Of a stretch of DNA of 64,000 bases, positions 58,968-64,000 are shown piece after piece. The stretch spans positions 206,917-270,916 of the forward strand of contig JAQZBP010000002.1 of the NCBI GenBank assembly GCA_029237815.1, written 5' to 3'. Position numbers and translations under genes: made by a program. Source of the stretch: Moraxellaceae bacterium (GTDB lineage: Bacteria; Pseudomonadota; Gammaproteobacteria; Pseudomonadales; Moraxellaceae). Below the pieces are notes generated by a model. It saw only the letters and a list, made by a program, of their open reading frames with translations. It was not told where the DNA came from and did not search any database. Numbering within the stretch: the stretch's first letter is position 1; every line of letters begins with the position of its first letter.

Positions 58968-59327
58968 TCATCGGGTGAAATAAAGCAGCGCCAGCGCCAC
59001 CACGGCCGGCACGGCCTGCACGACCACGATGCGCCGGCTCACCGTGGCGCCGCCAAAGACGCCGGCCACGATCACGCAGGACAGGAAGAACACCTTTTCG
59101 GGGAAGCCTTCCGCCCCCAGCACCAGGCCCCACACGAGTCCGGCCGCCAGAAAGCCGTTGTAAAGCCCCTGGTTGGCGGCCAGCGCCTTCGACTGCTCCG
59201 CAAATTCGGGCTTCAGCCCAAACACGCGGCGGCCAACCGGCTTCGTCCAGAGGAACATCTCCAGCACGAGGAACCCCACGTGCTGCAGGGCGACAAAGGC
59301 GATCAGGGCATCCGCGAAAAGATTCAT
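58968..59327 (-). CDS. small four-TM membrane protein (DoxX/DUF1304-like)
   Basis: 119-aa ORF with 3-4 hydrophobic helices. Confidence 0.5.
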   Translation of the reverse strand: MNLFADALIAFVALQHVGFLVLEMFLWTKPVGRRVFGLKPEFAEQSKALAANQGLYNGFLAAGLVWGLVLGAEGFPEKVFFLSCVIVAGVFGGATVSRRIVVVQAVPAVVALALLYFTR

Positions 59328-59334
59328 GACTGCA

Positions 59335-60099
59335 TTACCCCAGCAGGTAGCCGCCGTCGACGTTCAGGCAAGTGCCCGTGGTGTAACTCGCCCCCGGCGA
59401 CACGAGATAGAGCACGGCCGCCGCCATTTCGTCCGGCTGCGCCACGCGGTTCATGGGCACGTGCTGCAGCACGGTCTTCAGGATCTGCTCGTTCTGCGTC
59501 AGCGCCGAGGCGAACTTCGTCTCGGTAAAGCCTGGCAGCAGCGCATTCACGCGCACGCCGAGCGGCGCGCACTCCTTGGCGAAGGCATGCGTCATGGAGA
59601 TCACGGCCGCCTTGGTGATGGAGTAGATGCCCTGCCACTGGCCCGGGATCACGCCGTTGACGGAAGCCACGTTCACGATCGCGCCGCCGCCGTGCTGGCC
59701 CATCAGCTTCACCGCCTTCGAGGACATGAAGAAATAGCCGCGGATGTTCACGTCCAGCGTCTTCTGGAAGGCGCCAAGGTCGGTGTCCTGGATCGGCCCG
59801 AAATAGGGATTGGCGGCGGCGTTGTTGATCAGGATGTCGAGGCGGCCGTGCTTCTGTTCGATGGCCGCGAAAATTGCGTCGATCTGGTCCATCTCGCCGA
59901 TGTGGCAGGCCATGACCTCGGCGCTGCCACCGGCCTCGCGGATGGAGGCGGCGACGCGCTCGCAGCCCTCGACCTTGCGGCTGGCGACAATGACGTGGGC
60001 GCCGTGGTCCGCGAGCGTGCGCGCAATGGCCTCGCCGATGCCGCGGCTGCCGCCGGTGACGAGGGCGATCTTGCCGGTGAGGTCGAAGGGGTTCTTCAT
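59335..60099 (-). CDS. SDR-family oxidoreductase
   Basis: TGGSRGIG, NNAA and YxxxK (YSITKAAV) motifs. Confidence 0.85.
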   Translation of the reverse strand: MKNPFDLTGKIALVTGGSRGIGEAIARTLADHGAHVIVASRKVEGCERVAASIREAGGSAEVMACHIGEMDQIDAIFAAIEQKHGRLDILINNAAANPYFGPIQDTDLGAFQKTLDVNIRGYFFMSSKAVKLMGQHGGGAIVNVASVNGVIPGQWQGIYSITKAAVISMTHAFAKECAPLGVRVNALLPGFTETKFASALTQNEQILKTVLQHVPMNRVAQPDEMAAAVLYLVSPGASYTTGTCLNVDGGYLLG

Positions 60100-60119
60100 G
60101 AACAGGCTCCTGTGGCGGT

Positions 60120-60806
60120 TCAGCGATAGGTGACGAGCCCGGCGTCATCGTGGACATCCAGATGCGCCGTGGCGTTGAAGGAATGCAGGCTGACTTCGTC
60201 GGCCCGGTACAGCAGACGCGTCACGCTGCTGTTGGCGATGATGCCGTTGAGGGCGAAGCAGCGGTGGTTATCGAGCCCGAGCAGCTCCTGCAGGATGACG
60301 GCGATGGCGCCGCCCGAGGTGAACACCACCACGTCGCCGCCCTCGCGCAGCATGCCGTGGAAGGCGTCGACGACGCGCTGGCGGAAGTGCGGCCAGGGCT
60401 CGTTGTACTCGTGGTCGAACTCGCCGCTGTGCCAGCGGCTCACGGCATGCGTGAAGAATTCGTGAAACGCCTGCCGCGGCTTCGGGTGCTCGGCGATGAA
60501 CTTCACCATCGCTGCCTTGTCGGCGAACTCGGGCCGGTGCACCTCGATCACGTTCTCGTGGTCGAACTCGGCGAGGCCCGGCACGTCGACGGCGCTGAGC
60601 GCCTGTCCATAGCCCGCGGCGAAATTCTCGAAACTCTGGTGATGACGATGCATGGGGCCGGTGAGCAGCGTGCCCGTGTCGAGGCCGCGCGCCCGCCACC
60701 ATTCGCCGAGCAGGCGGCACTGCCGCTCGCCGAGCGGCGAGAGCTGGTCGTAGTTGGCGGCGCCGAAGGACGCCTGGCCGTGGCGGACGAGATAAATGCT
60801 CGCCAT
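60120..60806 (-). CDS. histidine phosphatase (phosphoglycerate mutase-like) family protein
   Basis: IYLVRHGQASFG, the RHG motif. Confidence 0.8.
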   Translation of the reverse strand: MASIYLVRHGQASFGAANYDQLSPLGERQCRLLGEWWRARGLDTGTLLTGPMHRHHQSFENFAAGYGQALSAVDVPGLAEFDHENVIEVHRPEFADKAAMVKFIAEHPKPRQAFHEFFTHAVSRWHSGEFDHEYNEPWPHFRQRVVDAFHGMLREGGDVVVFTSGGAIAVILQELLGLDNHRCFALNGIIANSSVTRLLYRADEVSLHSFNATAHLDVHDDAGLVTYR

Positions 60807-61870
60807 TACAGGCTCGACTGCCGGATCAGGTTCATGCAGCGCTGCTCCAGGTAATTCACCATGGGGCCGAACTGCGCGAACGCGGGGTTGGTGGTCTGCT
60901 GGTGAAAGAAGCGGTACCAGATCTGCTGCGCGATGCCGGCCAGGCGGAACAGGCCGTAGACCTCGTAGAAATCGAAGTTGTCGACGCGCCAGCCGGTCTT
61001 TTCGCCGTAATAGTCGATGACCTCGCGCCGGGTCAGCATGCCGGGCGCGTTGGTGGGCTGGCGGCGCATCATCTGGAAAATGGGGTCGTCGTCGGCCTGC
61101 ACCCAGTAGGCGAGTGTGTTGCCGAGGTCCATGAGCGGATCACCGAGCGTGGCCATTTCCCAGTCGAGCACGCCGATCACGTGCAGGTCATCCGGGTCCA
61201 GCACCACATTGTCGAAGCGGTAGTCGTTGTGGATCAGCGTGATGGCGACCTCGCCGGCCGGCTTCTTCGCCTCCAGCCAGGCGATCACCTCCGCGAAGTC
61301 CTTGTTGTCCGGCGTGTGCGCATTGCGCAGGCGTTCGCTCCAGCCGCTGATCTGGCGGTTCACGTAGCCCTCGCCCTTGCCCAGCGATTCCAGGCCCGCG
61401 GCCTTGATGTCGACCTTGTGCAGCTCGACCAGCTTGTCGATCACGCTCAGGCAGAGCGCGCGCGTCTTTTCTGACGTGAGCGCGATTTCCGGCGGGAAGT
61501 CCTGGCGCGGAATCACGCCACGCAGGCGCTGCATCACGTAGAAGTCGCAACCCATCACGGTCTCGTCCTGGCACAGGGCCAGGACCTCGGGCACATAGGG
61601 ATAAACCGGCTTCAGCGCCTGCATGATCTTCGCCTCGCGCACCATGTCGTGCGCGCCCTTCGCCTTTTTGCCCGCGGGCGGACGGCGCAGGATCAGCTCG
61701 CGGTTCGCGTAGCGCACGAGATAGGTCAGGTTGGAGGCGCCGCCCGGGAACTGCTGCAGCTCCGGACTGCCCGCAAGGCCGGGGATGTGCTGCTTCAGGT
61801 AATGGTCCACCGCGGCCACATCCAGTTCGTCGCCCTTGCGGACGCTGCGCGGCTCGTCGATCACGGCCAT
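60806..61870 (-). CDS. aminoglycoside-phosphotransferase-fold (APH) kinase, acyl-CoA-dehydrogenase-associated type
   Basis: Brenner motif HNDYRFDNVV and DWEMATLGD. Adjacent to an ACAD gene, a frequent pairing. Confidence 0.8.
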   Translation of the reverse strand: MAVIDEPRSVRKGDELDVAAVDHYLKQHIPGLAGSPELQQFPGGASNLTYLVRYANRELILRRPPAGKKAKGAHDMVREAKIMQALKPVYPYVPEVLALCQDETVMGCDFYVMQRLRGVIPRQDFPPEIALTSEKTRALCLSVIDKLVELHKVDIKAAGLESLGKGEGYVNRQISGWSERLRNAHTPDNKDFAEVIAWLEAKKPAGEVAITLIHNDYRFDNVVLDPDDLHVIGVLDWEMATLGDPLMDLGNTLAYWVQADDDPIFQMMRRQPTNAPGMLTRREVIDYYGEKTGWRVDNFDFYEVYGLFRLAGIAQQIWYRFFHQQTTNPAFAQFGPMVNYLEQRCMNLIRQSSL

Positions 61871-61892
61871 CGTCTGTCTCCCTGTCGCAGGT

Positions 61893-63110
61893 TCAGTGGC
61901 TCTTCGGCAGGTACTTGCCGAGCTCGATCTTGGCGATCACCCGGCGATGGACCTCGTCGGGACCATCGAAGATACGCATCGCGCGGCAATAGGCAAACAG
62001 GGCCGAGAGCGGCGTGTCGTCCGACATGCCGGCACCGCCATGAATCTGGATCGCGGCGTCGATGACCGAGAGCGCGGTCTTCGGCGCCACCACCTTGATC
62101 TGCGAGATCTCGCTCATGGCACCCTTGCTGCCGACCTTGTCCATCATCCAGGCGGCCTTCAGCGTCAGGAGGCGCGCCTGCTCGATGTCCATGCGGGCAT
62201 TGGCGATGACGTCGGGATTGCCGCCCAGCAGCGCCAGCGGCTTGCCGAAGGCGGTACGGCTGACGGCGCGCTGGCAGAGCAGCTCCAGTGCGCGCTCCGC
62301 GGCGCCGAGGGCACGCATGCAGTGGTGGATGCGGCCCGGGCCGAGCCGGCCCTGCGCCACTTCGAAACCACGGCCGGGGCCGGCGATGAAATTCGCCACC
62401 GGCACGCGCACATTGGTGAAGGTCACCTCGCCATGACCGAAGGGCTCGTCCAGCTTGCCGAAGGACGCCAGCATGCGCTCGATGTGCACGCCCGGCGTAT
62501 CGAGCGGCACCAGCACCATGGAATGCCGCTGGTGTTTCGGCGCCTCGCCACTGGTGTCGGTCAGCCCCATGAAAATCACGAAGCGGCAGTTCGGGTGACC
62601 GATGCCGGAGCTCCACCACTTGCGGCCGTTGATGACGATCTCGTCGCCCTCCACCACCGCGGTGGCTTCCATATTGGTGGCATCGGAGGACGCCACGCCG
62701 GGCTCCGTCATGCAGAACGCGGAACGGATCTCGCCGGCCAGCATTGGCTTCAGCCAGCGCTCCTGCTGCTCCTGCGTGCCGTACTTGACCAGCACTTCCA
62801 TGTTGCCGGTGTCGGGCGCGTTGCAGTTGAAGATCTCGGGCAGCATGGGGTGGCGGCCGGTTTCCTCGGCCAGCGGGGCGTATTCGAGGTTGCTGAGGCC
62901 GGCGCCCCACTCCGCCTCCGGCAGGAAGATATTCCAGAGGCCGGCGGCCCTGGCCTTCGCCTTCCACTCCTCCATCACCGCCGGCTGCTGCCAGGGCGCG
63001 GCCTTCAGGGCGGCGTGATAGTCGGCCTCGCGCGGCTCGACTTCTGCTTTCACGAACTGGCGCAGGCGGGCCAGGTAGTCCTGGCAGCGGGGGGAATAGG
63101 CGAAATCCAT
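61893..63110 (-). CDS. acyl-CoA dehydrogenase
   Basis: 405-aa ORF with [11 protein letters not shown] and the catalytic-base region of the ACAD C-terminal domain. Confidence 0.9.
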   Translation of the reverse strand: MDFAYSPRCQDYLARLRQFVKAEVEPREADYHAALKAAPWQQPAVMEEWKAKARAAGLWNIFLPEAEWGAGLSNLEYAPLAEETGRHPMLPEIFNCNAPDTGNMEVLVKYGTQEQQERWLKPMLAGEIRSAFCMTEPGVASSDATNMEATAVVEGDEIVINGRKWWSSGIGHPNCRFVIFMGLTDTSGEAPKHQRHSMVLVPLDTPGVHIERMLASFGKLDEPFGHGEVTFTNVRVPVANFIAGPGRGFEVAQGRLGPGRIHHCMRALGAAERALELLCQRAVSRTAFGKPLALLGGNPDVIANARMDIEQARLLTLKAAWMMDKVGSKGAMSEISQIKVVAPKTALSVIDAAIQIHGGAGMSDDTPLSALFAYCRAMRIFDGPDEVHRRVIAKIELGKYLPKSH

Positions 63111-63199
63111 GGGAGGGCTCCTCGGGGGGAATGGGCAGAGCCTAGACGCGCGGTTATGATTCGTCTAATCGATAGTTTTCATACCGTACTATTCACGCC

Positions 63200-64000
63200 A
63201 TGGATATCAGAAAGCTCGACCTCAACCTGCTCGTGGTGCTGGAGGCCATCCATGCCGAAGGCAGCCTGACCCGCGCCGCACAGCGCCTCAGCCTGTCGCA
63301 GCCGGCGCTGTCGCATGCCCTCGCCCGCCTGCGCGAGGCGCTGGACGATCCCCTCTTCCTGCGCCAGGGCAAGCGCATGGTGCCAACGCCACGGACGCAG
63401 CGCCTGATGGGCCCGCTGCACGAGGCGCTGGGCCTGATCGGCGAGGCAGTGCAGGAAGGCGCGCGCTTCGACCCGGCCAGCGCCCGCCAGGAGTTCCGCC
63501 TCGGCCTGCGCGACGTGTTCGAAGCCACTACTCTGCCCGCGCTGCTCGCCGACCTGGCGCGCGAGGCGCCCGGCATCCGCCTGGCCAGCGTGCGCGCCGA
63601 CCGCCGCGAGCTCGAGGCCGACCTCGCCGACGGCCGCCTCGACGTGGCGCTCGACGTGCTGCTGCCGCTGTCGCCGGAGGGCGACATCCGCCGCGCGCCC
63701 CTCTCTCATGACCGCCTCATGGTGGTGGCCCGCAAGGGGCATCCCGCCATCCGCCGCGGGAAGCTGTCACTGGAGGACTATCTCGCGGCCGGCCACCTGC
63801 TGGTGTCCTCGCGCCGGCGTGGCCCGGGCTTCGAGGACCAGGAGCTGGCACGGCTCGGCCACGAGCGCTCCATCGTGCTGCGCTGCCAGCATTTCTTTGC
63901 CGCCTGCCGCGTCGTGGAGGGCACGGATGCGCTGCTGACCATGCCGGCGCAGTATGCCGCCGTCGCCAACGCCGGCCTCGACAACGTGCTGCTGGAGATG
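63200..64000 (+). CDS. LysR-family transcriptional regulator; C-terminus beyond the window
   Basis: MDIRKLDLNLLVVLEAIHAEGSLTRAAQRLSLSQPALSHALARLRE, the LysR HTH. The ORF stays open to the window end, so it is absent from the ORF track. Confidence 0.8.
   Translation, partial: MDIRKLDLNLLVVLEAIHAEGSLTRAAQRLSLSQPALSHALARLREALDDPLFLRQGKRMVPTPRTQRLMGPLHEALGLIGEAVQEGARFDPASARQEFRLGLRDVFEATTLPALLADLAREAPGIRLASVRADRRELEADLADGRLDVALDVLLPLSPEGDIRRAPLSHDRLMVVARKGHPAIRRGKLSLEDYLAAGHLLVSSRRRGPGFEDQELARLGHERSIVLRCQHFFAACRVVEGTDALLTMPAQYAAVANAGLDNVLLEM

Overview
High-GC (roughly 68-70%) gammaproteobacterial chromosomal segment, dense with housekeeping genes whose order is Pseudomonas/Xanthomonadales-like. 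In order: a fabG-fabD-plsX-rpmF-yceD block with no fabH, then maf, sppA, HAD hydrolase, rluC divergent from rne, murB-ptp-kdsB-ycaR-lpxK-msbA-exbD-exbB, comEC, lolCD, and cioAB, followed by beta-oxidation-like genes. Short GTAG-palindrome repeats of the SMAG/REP type are present. The stand-out region is an accessory insertion between uvrB and a disrupted aspartate aminotransferase gene followed by tRNA-Asn. It carries the CARF-domain sigma54 activator RtcR, divergently transcribed from an operon with a near-consensus sigma54 promoter. That operon encodes two tandem tRNA-like RNAs, a soluble SPFH/band-7 protein with a novel N-terminal domain, a roughly 215-nt structured RNA ending in the same T-arm plus CCA, and the RNA ligase RtcB. 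One of the tRNA-like RNAs has its anticodon arm replaced by a cUUCGg tetraloop hairpin. The usual rtcA partner is absent, and no Ro60/rsr gene is present even though the RNAs are Y-RNA-like. This looks like an undescribed tRNA-mimic/RtcB RNA-repair or RNA-damage-sensing module. Other notable items are a paired consensus DnaA-box palindrome in an AT-rich spacer downstream of uvrB, a long structured rne leader, a two-component system whose sensor has a Pro/Gly-repeat periplasmic region next to a small MGQGQG-repeat secreted protein, and an MshEN-type secretion ATPase beside a CAG-repeat-rich peptidoglycan-binding protein. No CRISPR arrays, IS elements or prophage genes were seen.
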